Below are positions 48,005 to 60,466 of a DNA stretch of 64,000 nucleotides, in pieces. The position numbers were made by a program, and so were the translations under genes. The notes under the pieces were generated by a model. It searched no databases. It was given only the letters and a program-made list of their open reading frames with translations, and had not been told where the DNA came from. The stretch's first letter is position 1, and each line of letters begins with the position of its first letter. This stretch comes from Lepidodermella squamata (taxonomy: Eukaryota > Animalia > Gastrotricha), in assembly GCA_047495785.1 (NCBI GenBank), contig JBLDXI010000040.1:1-64000 (forward strand), read 5' to 3'.

Positions 48005-49672
48005 CTAGAAACTACGGCGCGCCCTACGGGCGCGCCAATGTATATATGATATATATGTCATGAGTTGCGCTTGGTCATCCAAAAAGGCGGAATTAAAATT
48101 GAAAAAATCGACGATTACTTGTTTTGGTTTTCATTCTATTTATTCACAATTCTGCTTGCATGAAACTAAAAGCTATTACACCCATGGGAGCGAAGCTTGA
48201 CAAAGTTTTCGGCAGTTCGTAATTGATATGTTAATCGTATGTTGATCGTATGTTAATTGATTCCGCGCAAGTTTTTCCGTCTAGCAGTCGATCTTCAACA
48301 CACCAATCGCCTAGCACGTCTCAAACGTATATATCGCCCCTGAAAATGAGGCCATTTAGTGTACTGCCAAACTCTTTTTCAATTAGTTACCTCAACGCGG
48401 TCATCATTCTTCATGTGGAGCTTATCTCATCTTCTCGGCTTAAGTATCATTGATTAACGAAGATACTTTACTTAAATTTCGAGAGAACTTCTTTCGGCTC
48501 CATCATTTTTCACCATAAGAAAGTCTAACCAAAATTGAAAATTGGAATATGACTCGGATGCATGGAACATGGAAGGAGATGAGCAATACAAAACCAAGAA
48601 TATCTAGCCCATGGATATTTGGAAAGAACACGCGATTTGAGGAGCATTATGCATACTAATCAAATGAGTATGAAGAACGGGACTCTTATAAAGGCTTATC
48701 GAGACGCGTCAATTATGAGTTCAGTGCTCAATCCAGTGTAAGATGAATATCCTCAGTAACAACCTTTTTAGTTGTTTAATGTAGATCTCTTGCTATTGAT
48801 GCTGCTAACACTCTAAGCTTGTCTAAAAACCTCAGTATAGATATCTTTCAGGGAAAGATGAGGTTAACATGAGTCAATCATAACATTCCATCTCTGAGAG
48901 TTAAGTGAGTTAAGAGTTGAGACTTGCATCTCCAATCTTCATCTGAAATGGAGAGTTAGGAATTGAGATCCTAATACATACTATTATTCATCTCTGAGCT
49001 AAGCTAAGCCTAAGCTAAGCTCAGTCAAGCCAAGTCAAGTTAAACTAAGAGATACGTGAATATAAGTGAATATCTTAGTGAGTTCTAACTTAGAATCAAA
49101 GTAGGTTAGTCACCATTTATAGATGCTACTGCAAGATATCAGGTACTAAAGCGTTCACAGATCTCAGTATAAAGATGCTGCTAATGCAATGGATGCCCCA
49201 GCGTGATTCACAAACATTTGCAATGAGACGCTTAACATCAATGAGTTTAGAAGCCAACAGAAGACTGGTCGCAACTTGAAACTCGGACGCAACCGTAAAA
49301 CAGCGACAATAACGTTCTCCTGCTAGGGTTTATGGTGCATTGCCCCTGATTCCACTTACAATTGTCCTAACAGCTGAAACCAACCGTGGATATAAATCAC
49401 GTATAGCAGGAGTTGGGAGTTGGAGGAACAGGGAGCAGGGGATGAACAGTGAACAGGGAGCAGGGCTCGGCGACGTTGTTGCTGGCGTCGGTGGTTGAAC
49501 GGGTAAATTATAATTTCCCGGCACATTTCAAGGACGAAATAAAATTTTTATTTTTGTGATTAATAACTTGATAAAATAAAATTAATTTAATTATTTTTAT
49601 TTGAAAACATGGCTTAATAAGAAAGCGCGGGCTCGGGTACTAATTTTGTCCACTGGTGAATAATAGTATAGA
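48005..49672 (-). mobile_element. Non-autonomous Helitron nested in the RepHel gene
   Basis: 5' TCTATACTATT, 3' hairpin GGCGCGCCC-GTA-GGGCGCGCC then CTAG, inserted between A and T with no TSD; removal restores NYLHLYYRLFQEF. Confidence 0.9.
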
Positions 49673-50035
49673 TGAAGGTAGTTGCCTTTTCTCATCATGA
49701 GACGATGAGAGTAGTACTCCATGGCGGTGATGTGACTACCGCGATTAATTGCAATATCGTCGGTGTATCCAAGGTCGCCTCGGTGAAAGATAACGTAGCG
49801 GGTCGTAATTCGCATTACGCGCATTGATTCGACTGAAATTACCACCTCGAAGACGAAGAGCAATATCACGACATTTCGCCTCGGGGTCCCAGTCGGCACC
49901 AGGTAGAATCACAACCAACTCTTTCGCATTCGGTAAATTGTAGCGACGGCGATCTACTTCAGTATCAGCTTTCAACAGCACGGCTATGTTGTCTGTACTC
50001 CTCAATAATTCAGCCACGTACTTGTAAATGTACAC

Positions 50036-50203
50036 CTAAGGGTTTGATTCAGGATGCTCCGGTACAGGGGTGCTCCGGGACCCGGGACTCCAACCAGAGG
50101 AAGGCTGATAAAACAGCAGGGGGACCCTTTGGTTTCTTCGGCTGGGTCCAAGAAAACCAGTAGAAAACACCTCAGCTGCATCCGGATCCTACTTCGCACA
50201 CCG
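50036..50203. mobile_element. Short interspersed MITE-like insertion in the Helitron ORF; second copy at ~57654-57845 in opposite orientation
   Basis: Shared GTGTGCGAAGTAGGATC..GCTGAGGTGTTTTCTAC..CCCAGCCGAAGAAACCAAAGGGTCCCCC; it interrupts the Helitron frame. Confidence 0.75.
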
Positions 50204-51249
50204 GTTTGCTTGGGGCATCATTTCCTTGAGCGTTGAAATGATGACTGGATTGAGGTCCGGCATATGGCTTAATCGAGTATTGATTTCGTTATCAGAATCG
50301 TCGATGTAGAGCTGAGCAAATTTCGGAATTGCGTCCTCCGGCTCTAACGCGCCGTACAAATGTCTCATCTCGCCGTGAACCCCGAAGTTGAAGTTATCTG
50401 AACGACCGTTAGCCACGTTATGATCCAGTGGTAAACCCATCGAAGTAAATGCGAAGTTGTTCTTGTAAGCCCGTATGCTCTGCCGGAAAGAGACGGCAGT
50501 TGGATGAGTGGAAGTGAGCCACCCCATCAGGTCGGTGCATGGGTGAGAGAAAGGCGGCAGATCAAATTTCCCCCGTCCACAGCACATGGAAAAGAGAGGC
50601 ACATCCTTGGTACCGGCAACTTTCTCCTCTAGAAACAGCCGCGCGCCACAATCTCCGCAGAAGTCGTTCATTGCAGTTAAGCGATGCTGAGGAATACGGC
50701 TATCTACAAAAACCCGACTTCTGTCCAATCTGTGGGAAGTGAACTTCTTTTCTGGGACGGCAGGAGAAAATAAATAAATCAAACCGCAGCGGCTAATGTT
50801 GGGCTTTGGCTCTTGGCTGTCCTTCAGTAGTTTGCCGGTTAAGAGATTGCCTTAATTTCTTTTACCATTTCGTCACTTGGCTCCTCCATTGTATATTTTT
50901 TGTAGTATTTTTTATTTACTTCTACACAAACTAATTACGTTGACCAGAAGTTTGAATAGCTGTATAGAATAGTTGACAGATATATAAGAGCTTAATGTGA
51001 AATTGATGCGGCTTATTATCTCACACCAGGTAACGCTAAAGAGCCGTCAAATAATGACTCCAGCTAGCAGTGGATGCGCCTAAATGGTTGAAATTATTTT
51101 TATAAAAATTGACACGGCGGCTAGCTTTTCTGGCTTAATTTTTTCGAACCTAAAAAACTAGCTAATATGAAACAGACAAGAACATGACGAAAAATGCGTT
51201 TTGCCATCGTTTAATTCCCCACAAATCGCAGGATGAAGTCACTGTGCCT

Positions 51250-51791
51250 GATTTATTTATTTATTATTTATTTAGAAGCCATATCGCCCAGAAGAGGGCA
51301 GCTTAGCAAGTTGAATGAAAGAGAAATATATAATTGTATGACAGAGTGCAGAGGTATAGGACAAATCAGATGACATTAAATATTCGAAAGTGCGATGCAA
51401 TTGTAGAAAGTCCAACAACAGAATCAGACACAACAGACACAACAAATTGAGCAAAAATACAGAATATAATTATTGACTATGGTTGTGTGGCTTTTCTGGC
51501 GTAAAAATGTGCGTAGGCAGCTTCGCGACACGCCTTTGCAGACTGCGCGTCGTGAACGACCGAGGGCATTTCATTCCACAAATGTGGGCCTCTGTAAGAC
51601 AGGCTCAGTTGGCCGCGCTCGGTCGTGAAGGTCGGTTTGAGCATTGGCTCGAAATTGCGACAGTTATAGCCGTGGCTGCGATCGTTCAGTTTTAACATCG
51701 ACTTGAAGTCGTCCGGCGCCATCTCGTGGAGCGCCATAAGAATGTTGAATGTGTGATCTTGAGCAGGATCCGGGGAAAATATCTTAAACAC
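51250..51791 (-). mobile_element. 3' fragment of a CR1/L2-group LINE
   Basis: C-terminal ORF2 motif RSHGYNCRN..SLSYRGPHLWNEMP, then 3'UTR ending in (TAAA)n at ~51251-51274. Confidence 0.75.
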
Positions 51792-51919
51792 TCAGAAACG
51801 CACATATAAAGGAATGTAATAACGTGTATAGACGTATTATTTTTCCCCCTCGATTCATTTTTGTGGACGACTCGTGGGCGGATAAGCCGAAACTAATTAA
51901 AAACATGGGTATTTGGTTG

Positions 51920-52075
51920 ACATGGAGCTTGTGAATCTCCTTGTGCGGAAACAAATTGTCATCGATCACCAGTTCGTTGGTTGCGCAAAATTCGACGAAG
52001 CGCTCACCGCTATCGTTTCGGCTGCCCGGCGAGTGCTTACCCATGCACTGTTCGTAGCCGGAATTAGCCAAGTAC
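51920..52075 (-). mobile_element. RTE-clade LINE endonuclease fragment
   Basis: MGKHSPGSRNDSGERFVEFCATNELVIDDNLFPHKEIHK resembles the RTE APE signature. Confidence 0.7.
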
Positions 52076-52302
52076 GAGGTATATGCCACGACTGAGCCAG
52101 CTGTGGGCTGTTATGAAAATAAATCATTGCATACCGTATTTGATGAAAATGTCAGTATTTCAGCGAATACGGTGAGTAACTTACGACTCCACTTCCTGTA
52201 GCAATAACACTAGTGGAACCAGCGGACGTGTGAGGGAAGCGAACGCAGCTAGCAGCTTTTGTACTAGGGTCAGCTGTAGCAGCTGTGACCTTGAATGGGG
52301 TA

Positions 52303-53078
52303 CCCAGTCGGAAATCAGTAGACCGAGAAATATCGGAATGATCGAATTAAGATCGAATAAAGATCTCTCAACTATGATCGTAGAAATTAGGTCACAGCTA
52401 GACCGAGGCGACCATTCAAACAGCCCGAATGGTGTCAATTGCGTCTATACCCATAGATCGAGGCTCCTCGATCGCCAATAGGTCAGATTTTGTTCAGATT
52501 CGGACAAGCCATCGCCATTATTCAGCACATGTAATTATTCCACGCAGGCCTAGCCACTTGGAGTAGGCCAGGGTCGTTTTAACAGGATCTAACCAGATCG
52601 ATCTAGCCAGGGTCGACCCACAAGTAGCGATGCTCTGATTTGACCAATAACTGAGCCGCGTTCTAGCTCATCAATTTCACACACATGGATCTAAGGCGAT
52701 AGATCTAGAGATGACCCACGGCAATATTCAGGTCATAAATTGTCTTGCTCGATTTAAAATTGGTTTGAGTCCAGCACGTGTCGTTATGACGCACCATTGT
52801 TATAGCAGCAGATTTCTGAACTACTTTGAGAATGAAATAAATCTCTCATTTCGCAATTCTTCAACCTAATTCGAATTTGTTATTTTTCATCATAATTTTG
52901 GTTTGATTTTGTTGAGGCTGACTTGCTTTTTTCACTGCTATGCTAAGGGCTAAGGCTATGCTGCTACCTCAACACTCTTAGTTGATAGTCTTAGTAAACT
53001 TATTATGAAACCACATAACCGCTAAACCACATGTAGTTTCTAGTTTCTAGTTTTCGAACCCCAATTTAACCGACTGGG
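52303..53078. mobile_element. Non-autonomous DNA element with CCCAGTCG termini and TA flanks
   Basis: TA-CCCAGTCGG.. / ..CGACTGGG-TA; internal CTAGAT/GATC-rich repeats; a related end truncates gene D at ~58480. Confidence 0.55.
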
Positions 53079-54043
53079 TAGCTTTCACACATTTCATATT
53101 TTTAGAATTTTATCAATTTCTATGCCGTTGTCACGGGCGAGAAATGGGGAATCGCAATTATCGCGGACTTCCTGCGTAGAAGCGTGGAAATTCGGCCGTA
53201 GTACAGGCTTGAAATGACCGTCTATTTTTTCCTGAATTTTGTTAATAATTATTTTTCTTAGGATCGTTAAACGTCAACCATTCTCGCCCGTCACGTCGAT
53301 TATTTGTGCAATGGCTTCAGGTTCAACATTGAATACTTGGGCAGTCGTGATCTACTTGGTTTGATATTTGTTCCGAAAATTCCACCTTAATTGTTGTAGG
53401 TTGTAGCTACCTCATATCCTGTCGAATCTGCCTCGCAAGACTGACTGGTAAACGGCCGAATTTCAGTCAATTTCGTCAATTTCGGTATCCGATCATCCAA
53501 TGCCGAGTTTCAGTTAAACAAGATTGGATGACAACCAACGCGGTAAGAAATTTTCCTCCCTGTAAAATGTAGGGGAAAAACTGAACAAATTGGTCGAAAA
53601 AAATAGCACTCGCGCCGTAAAGCAGATCGTAGTTTTTAACGGTGGACTACGGTGCCGGTACGGCGTGTTTGAGGCAGCACTTTTCCGCACCGTAGCATTT
53701 TCGAAATTCGAAATTTCGATGACAGGCGTGATTTTTCAAATTATCAAAAATGACGGTGATAGAAAACTACCCTGAGAATAATTAAACAAATTGTCCCGTC
53801 TAAATTTCGCATAATCGTGGCGCTAGAAATTAATGTTCCACGGAGTAACACTAATAACGTAGCATAAATTTCAAGCAGTTAATTCAGCGCTAAACACACT
53901 GTTCTGCGCCAAAAGAGCTTGAAAACTAACTTGGCAAGAGTCCCAGATAAGCGAGGATATTCGTGCACCATTTCCGCTGAATAGATCGTGAGGGACAGAA
54001 TTTGAGACATTTCAGTCATCTAGCTGACTTCAGCTCTAGCTAA

Positions 54044-56867
54044 CTTCCCTAGGCGCCCAAAGGAGTATCGCGGCCGGAATGCAATTGCATCAGATTGAAG
54101 CCCCGGGAACGGCCTTCCAGGCGAACCAAACCCTGTCCCAATTGGATTCTCCGTCAGGGCGCCCTGGGCGCCTGAAGTTGCGAATGGAATAGCGGTTTTG
54201 GGTCATTTTGGCTGATTTCGGGCTTCCCTAGGCGCCCAAAGGAGTATCGCGGCCGTAATGCAATTGCATCAGATTGAAGCCCCGGGAACGGCCTTCCAGG
54301 CGAACCAAACCCTGTCCCAATTGGATTCTCCGTCAGGGCGCCCTGGGCGCCTGAAGTTGCGAATGGAATAGCGGTTTTGGGTCATTTTGGCTGATTTCGG
54401 GCTTCCCTAGGCGCCCAAAGGAGTATCGCGGCCGGAATGCAATTGCATCAGATTGAAGCCCCGGGAACGGCCTTCCAGGCGAACCAAACCCTGTCCCAAT
54501 TGGATTCTCCGTCAGGGCGCCCTGGGCGCCTGAAGTTGCGAATGGAATAGCGGTTTTGGGTCATTTTGGCTGATTTCGGGCTTCCCTAGGCGCCCAAAGG
54601 AGTATCGCGGCCGGAATGCAATTGCATCAGATTGAAGCCCCGGGAACGGCCTTCCAGGCGAACCAAACCCTGTCCCAATTGGATTCTCCGTCAGGGCGCC
54701 CTGGTCGCCTGAAGTTGCGAATGGAATAGCGGTTTTGGGTCATTTTGGCTGATTTCGGGCTTCCCTAGGCGCCCAAAGGAGTATCGCGGCCGTAATGCAA
54801 TTGCATCAGATTGAAGCCCCGGGAACGGCCTTCCAGGCGAACCAAACCCTGTCCCAATTGGATTCTCCGTCAGGGCGCCCTGGGCGCCTGAAGTTGCGAA
54901 TGGAATAGCGGTTTTGGGTCATTTTGGCTGATTTCGGGCTTCCCTAGGCGCCCAAAGGAGTATCGCGGCCGGAATGCAATTGCATCAGATTGAAGCCCCG
55001 GGAACGGCCTTCCAGGCGAACCAAACCCTGTCCCAATTGGATTCTCCGTCAGGGCGCCCTGGGCGCCTGAAGTTGCGAATGGAATAGCGGTTTTGGGTCA
55101 TTTTGGCTGATTTCGGGCTTCCCTAGGCGCCCAAAGGAGTATCGCGGCCGGAATGCAATTGCATCAGATTGAAGCCCCGGGAACGGCCTTCCAGGCGAAC
55201 CAAACCCTGTCCCAATTGGATTCTCCGTCAGGGCGCCCTGGGCGCCTGAAGTTGCGAATGGAATAGCGGTTTTGGGTCATTTTGGCTGATTTCGGGCTTC
55301 CCTAGGCGCCCAAAGGAGTATCGCGGCCGGAATGCAATTGCATCAGATTGAAGCCCCGGGAACGGCCTTCCAGGCGAACCAAACCCTGTCCCAATTGGAT
55401 TCTCCGTCAGGGCGCCCTGGGCGCCTGAAGTTGCGAATGGAATAGCGGTTTTGGGTCATTTTGGCTGATTTCGGGCTTCCCTAGGCGCCCAAAGGAGTAT
55501 CGCGGCCGGAATGCAATTGCATCAGATTGAAGCCCCGGGAACGGCCTTCCAGGCGAACCAAACCCTGTCCCAATTGGATTCTCCGTCAGGGCGCCCTGGT
55601 CGCCTGAAGTTGCGAATGGAATAGCGGTTTTGGGTCATTTTGGCTGATTTCGGGCTTCCCTAGGCGCCCAAAGGAGTATCGCGGCCGGAATGCAATTGCA
55701 TCAGATTGAAGCCCCGGGAACGGCCTTCCAGGCGAACCAAACCCTGTCCCAATTGGATTCTCCGTCAGGGCGCCCTGGGCGCCTGAAGTTGCGAATGGAA
55801 TAGCGGTTTTGGGTCATTTTGGCTGATTTCGGGCTTCCCTAGGCGCCCAAAGGAGTATCGCGGCCGGAATGCAATTGCATCAGATTGAAGCCCCGGGAAC
55901 GGCCTTCCAGGCGAACCAAACCCTGTCCCAATTGGATTCTCCGTCAGGGCGCCCTGGGCGCCTGAAGTTGCGAATGGAATAGCGGTTTTGGGTCATTTTG
56001 GCTGATTTCGGGCTTCCCTAGGCGCCCAAAGGAGTATCGCGGCCGGAATGCAATTGCATCAGATTGAAGCCCCGGGAACGGCCTTCCAGGCGAACCAAAC
56101 CCTGTCCCAATTGGATTCTCCGTCAGGGCGCCCTGGGCGCCTGAAGTTGCGAATGGAATAGCGGTTTTGGGTCATTTTGGCTGATTTCGGGCTTCCCTAG
56201 GCGCCCAAAGGAGTATCGCGGCCGGAATGCAATTGCATCAGATTGAAGCCCCGGGAACGGCCTTCCAGGCGAACCAAACCCTGTCCCAATTGGATTCTCC
56301 GTCAGGGCGCCCTGGGCGCCTGAAGTTGCGAATGGAATAGCGGTTTTGGGTCATTTTGGCTGATTTCGGGCTTCCCTAGGCGCCCAAAGGAGTATCGCGG
56401 CCGGAATGCAATTGCATCAGATTGAAGCCCCGGGAACGGCCTTCCAGGCGAACCAAACCCTGTCCCAATTGGATTCTCCGTCAGGGCGCCCTGGGCGCCT
56501 GAAGTTGCGAATGGAATAGCGGTTTTGGGTCATTTTGGCTGATTTCGGGCTTCCCTAGGCGCCCAAAGGAGTATCGCGGCCGGAATGCAATTGCATCAGA
56601 TTGAAGCCCCGGGAACGGCCTTCCAGGCGAACCAAACCCTGTCCCAATTGGATTCTCCGTCAGGGCGCCCTGGGCGCCTGAAGTTGCGAATGGAATAGCG
56701 GTTTTGGGTCATTTTGGCTGATTTCGGGCTTCCCTAGGCGCCCAAAGGAGTATCGCGGCCGGAATGCAATTGCATCAGATTGAAGCCCCGGGAACGGCCT
56801 TCCAGGCGAACCAAACCCTGTCCCAATTGGATTCTCCGTCAGGGCGCCCCGGGCGCCTGAAGTTGCG
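54044..56867. repeat. 179-bp tandem satellite, ~15.8 copies, GC-rich and nearly invariant
   Basis: Unit start CTTCCCTAGGCGCCC recurs every 179 bp from 54044 to 56729; only a few single-base variants. Confidence 0.98.
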
Positions 56868-58483
56868 CTCATATTACATTATTTGGCTGAATTCAGCACT
56901 TGAGTCACCCTGAAAGTAAGCGAGTAAATTCTGTTCTGGCAGTTGGGACAAACCTCCAGGCCAGCATTTTCCAAGTTTTCGGCGTTTTCCTAGTTAATTT
57001 CCATTTTTACGAAATTTTGAAGATAGCACCGTAGCACCGTGCTACGGTCTATTTTTCACCGTAGTGCTACTGATAGCACTAATCGTAGCATTACCGTACT
57101 GAGATCGTAGTAGTGTTATATGGGTGCTATCTTATTCGTATAATGAGAAATTTCAACAAAATTATTAGAAACCTGAAATAATTTGTCAAGTCAACCTTTA
57201 ATGCTCTCCTAGAATTAATGAACAATTTTTTTTAGATTCCTGATTTTTAATTTTCAGAGGAGGCGGACAATTTTGGAATTCAACACAATTATCACGCGAT
57301 TTTGGCTAAAGACTGCGGCTGTCGGCTGGTAAGCAAAAAATATTTTCTGAAATTCTCAAGTAATTATTTCATGTTATTCTTTCGCCTGAATCTTCAGAAA
57401 TCTTCGCCAAATACTATAATCGTTTGTCGAATTTAACCAACGTGAAATCGTGTGGGTAAGAAAAATGAATTTTTAACAATATTTTGTTATATGGTATCAG
57501 CAATAATAAACAATTCAAGTTATTGAATTTTGTTTCTAGATGCAAACGATGGTTCAAAATTTTGGGCGAATTTCAACGCGCATCTCGATCGAAGTGAAAA
57601 TGGCAAGTCAATTTTGCAGCTCTTTTTTATTTATTTTTGGAAAAAATGTTTAGCAGTGTGCGAAGTAGGATCTGGGAGCTGAGGTGTTTTCTACTTGTTT
57701 TCTAAGACCCAGCCGAAGAAACCAAAGGGTCCCCCCTGTGGGTTTTTTCAACCTTCCTCTGATTAAGGTCCCCGAGCTGGGGTGTCGCGACACCCCAGCA
57801 CCCCTGTAATTCGCACCCTGATGTTTAGGTTCACCGTGCCAAGTGCTCAATAACGTGCTCAATTTCCTTATCGCCGAGTCCATTCGAGCTCCCATTTCAG
57901 GTAAGACCCCTGATTATAGCGAAAAATGTGATTCTCATCTTCAATTTATTTTCAGAGATGACAGTTTGAAGATTTTCGCTGGACTGAAGCCGCGAGTGAA
58001 GAGTGACGACGACAAGGCGAAATGACTCGATGCGGCTACGACTTAGTTCCTGGAATTGCTGAAATTGAATCGAAACTTCAAGCAGAGAGACATTATTTTA
58101 AATATTTATGTGATATTGTATCAATTGCTTCATCGTGATAATAAGAATTGATTATTGCTTAATGTTTTTAAATAAATAAATGAAAACATTATTGGAATAT
58201 TTGCTTCCTATGAGGGTAACTGAACCAAGGGGGGGAACAGCTGGGGCATGCCGTGATTCATGCGGGCAGTTCAAGCCGGTATTATGAACTAGATCTACGC
58301 ACGATCTAATCGCGAAAATTTAGACCTACCGCCGGTCTATCCATCAGGACCTATGCGCCGTCTAGGTAGTCGCTAGCTAGATCTACCCCAGTGTCATTTT
58401 TCGCATCCCACACGATCTATCCAGATAGACCCAATAATAGCGGTTAGGGTCTAGCTAGGATCTATTTTTTTACGACTGGGTAG

Positions 58484-59057
58484 AATCCGCTGTTCCGATG
58501 CAGGCGAGAGCCGGAGCTACGTCAGTTGTGAGGCCTGGCAGGATGTCGTAGTGAATGTTGGCTGCATTCGGCGCAGCTGGAGCTGCGGCGGCGCAACAAT
58601 CTGGAAATGATGTGAAGGTGTTCGGGGCGGTTGGAGTTACAGTGGTTTGCTGAGCAAAACTGAAGGTATTCCTTGCTTTAATTTGGCTAAACTCTTGCTT
58701 ACCGTGAATGAGCTAGGGCCGAAAGTGGCGCTGCAAGCCAGGCCGTTAGAAACGCATAGCTTGACAGTCTTAGAGATGGGTGTACCGAAAGTCGAGCCAG
58801 TGCACAATTGGAAGGTTTGATGTGTCATTAAATTTGGAAATAAAATTACGGCAATAATTTAGCGAATGGATATTACCGCCGTGGAGCACGCCTGGGTGCC
58901 TTGGCATTGAGTTCCGGGGTGGATGCCCAGACGAAGACGAAGCGGCAGTACACGATTGACCAGAAGAGCAAACGGAGGAAACGGTCTGGCACGGCGTGGT
59001 CGTTGTGGACGGAGGGCAGGCGATAACGGAGCTGCAAGCAGCGGCAAGAACAGCCAT
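58484..59057 (-). pseudogene. Secreted Cys-rich family pseudogene D
   Basis: MAVLAAACSSVIACPPSTTTTPC; frameshift in exon 1; TVKLCVSNGLAC; FTSFPDCCA..NIHYDILP..ACIGTA then cut off by a transposon end; last exon not found. Confidence 0.8.
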
Positions 59058-59169
59058 GGTGAGTGTTTTGAGGAGTGTTTTGAGAAGCCGGAAAATTGAT
59101 GGTCTAACAGCATTTTGGCTGGTCTTATTTTGAGTCTGGATCGTCGAATTACCTGCGATGATTGAACTA

Positions 59170-59565
59170 CCGTACTGCCCGGAACAAAAACCATGACACT
59201 TATTTTTTTCAAACGTTGATGAACCTCTGACATTTAAAAGAGACTGACATTTATTTCGGGCCTGACATTTAATTATCCGAACAAACAAGTAATTGCCTAG
59301 ATAACCAAAATGGCATACATTTCCCTGAGATTTTACGTATGTTTACCCAAAAAATTGGTCCCTGACCTTTCTAAGTGCCAAGAGTAGAAATTATATCCAA
59401 TCAAAATGGCTAAAATACCTCATTAGGGATCTTCAGTATTGTCCCCGCCACTGACCTGACATTTATTTCGGGCCTGACATTTATTTTTTCGAACGACCTC
59501 TAACCTCTGACATTTATTTGAGGCTGCCATTTATTCGAGGCTGGCATTATTTTCGGGCAGTACGG
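59170..59565. mobile_element. Tc2/pogo-like MITE just upstream of pseudogene D
   Basis: TA-CCGTACTGCCCG..CGGGCAGTACGG-TA; internal CTGACATTTATTTCGGGC repeats. Confidence 0.8.
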
Positions 59566-60466
59566 TAATAATATCTCAGGTCTAAATTAGTGTCTTGGTT
59601 TCTTAATAAATAGTTTGCACTTGTCACATGACTGAAAATTACTAATTGCATTTCCGAGTTAGTTTTAGCAAACATTCAATAAAATTGATGCGAAGCTCAA
59701 ATCTGATCTGTCGAGTATAAATGCCTGTTAGTTGAGATGAGTTGTCATCATTTCCCGCCAAGAACAACCCAAAAAATGTTTCATTTTTTTCATTTGGAAC
59801 TTTTTCATCGCAAACTCTCCTCTTATGTGGAAAGCAATCCCGAAAGCGTCGAGGCTGAAACCTCGTCAAAGCTGGAAGAATTGAAAAAAGGAAAACGATC
59901 TCTTCGAAGGGGACATTTGACTGTTGTTCCATTTTTAAACTCTTTTTCAAGTTAATCTTAATCTCGTGACGATAGATTCAAATAAATATTACCACAGCCT
60001 ACAATTGTACCTCGCCAGTAATAAACCCTCACTTATTTCTTGGTTTGAAACTATAAAACGGTTTATGGATTTCGCTGTTTCGCCGCAATTGCTGTTTCGT
60101 GATTATGCTGTTATGAAGCCGTGCCTTTTAGGTTGATAGATGCTCACTTTTCACAGTACACAGATTACTACCCTAATCGAGTGATTTCTTCGGTCACGCG
60201 ATCAAGAAAGCAAATAAATTGTGATAAGGCATCTCGGCACACATAGGTACATGCATGTGCTAACGTGTCCGATCAACTGCATTTGAGACAAATTGCAAAT
60301 TGAAAGACAAATTGCAAAATAAAACAGTATCAGCATTTATTCATCTATGCAACTGCATCAATACAAGCGATTATGAATACGCATTATCAGATGATGATGA
60401 GATTGATGACATCAATCAGTTGATTATTCTTTTCAGTGAGGCGTTGCTACTTTCTTGTTACGCCTT

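Larger units (their letters stand above)
46640..50790 (-). mobile_element. Decayed autonomous-type Helitron (RepHel remnant)
   Basis: CGDCGAR..CCGRGK, IRAYKNNFAFTSMG, PKFAQLYI, RRYNLP, YYSHRL, LFQEFIADAWVKIE, HLPNQQRVVF, Pif1 P-loop HGGCGKT, GRTAH, LCNGTRL; degenerate hairpin + CTAT 3' end near 46640; retained 56-nt intron 47882-47937. Confidence 0.9.
45569..51232. repeat. ~400-bp direct repeat pair (45569-45990 and 50834-51232) bracketing the Helitron
   Basis: CCGGTTAAGAGATTG..CTTATTATCTCAC..GACACGGCGGCTAGCTTTTCTGGC..TCGCAGGA present at both sites. Confidence 0.85.

Noticed and set aside
54044-56867. CRISPR-like array
   Set aside because: Units are identical along their full length with no unique spacers, there are no cas genes, and the context is eukaryotic.
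57240-58030. Exon-like fragments after the satellite
   Set aside because: Short, interrupted by a MITE, and no coherent protein.
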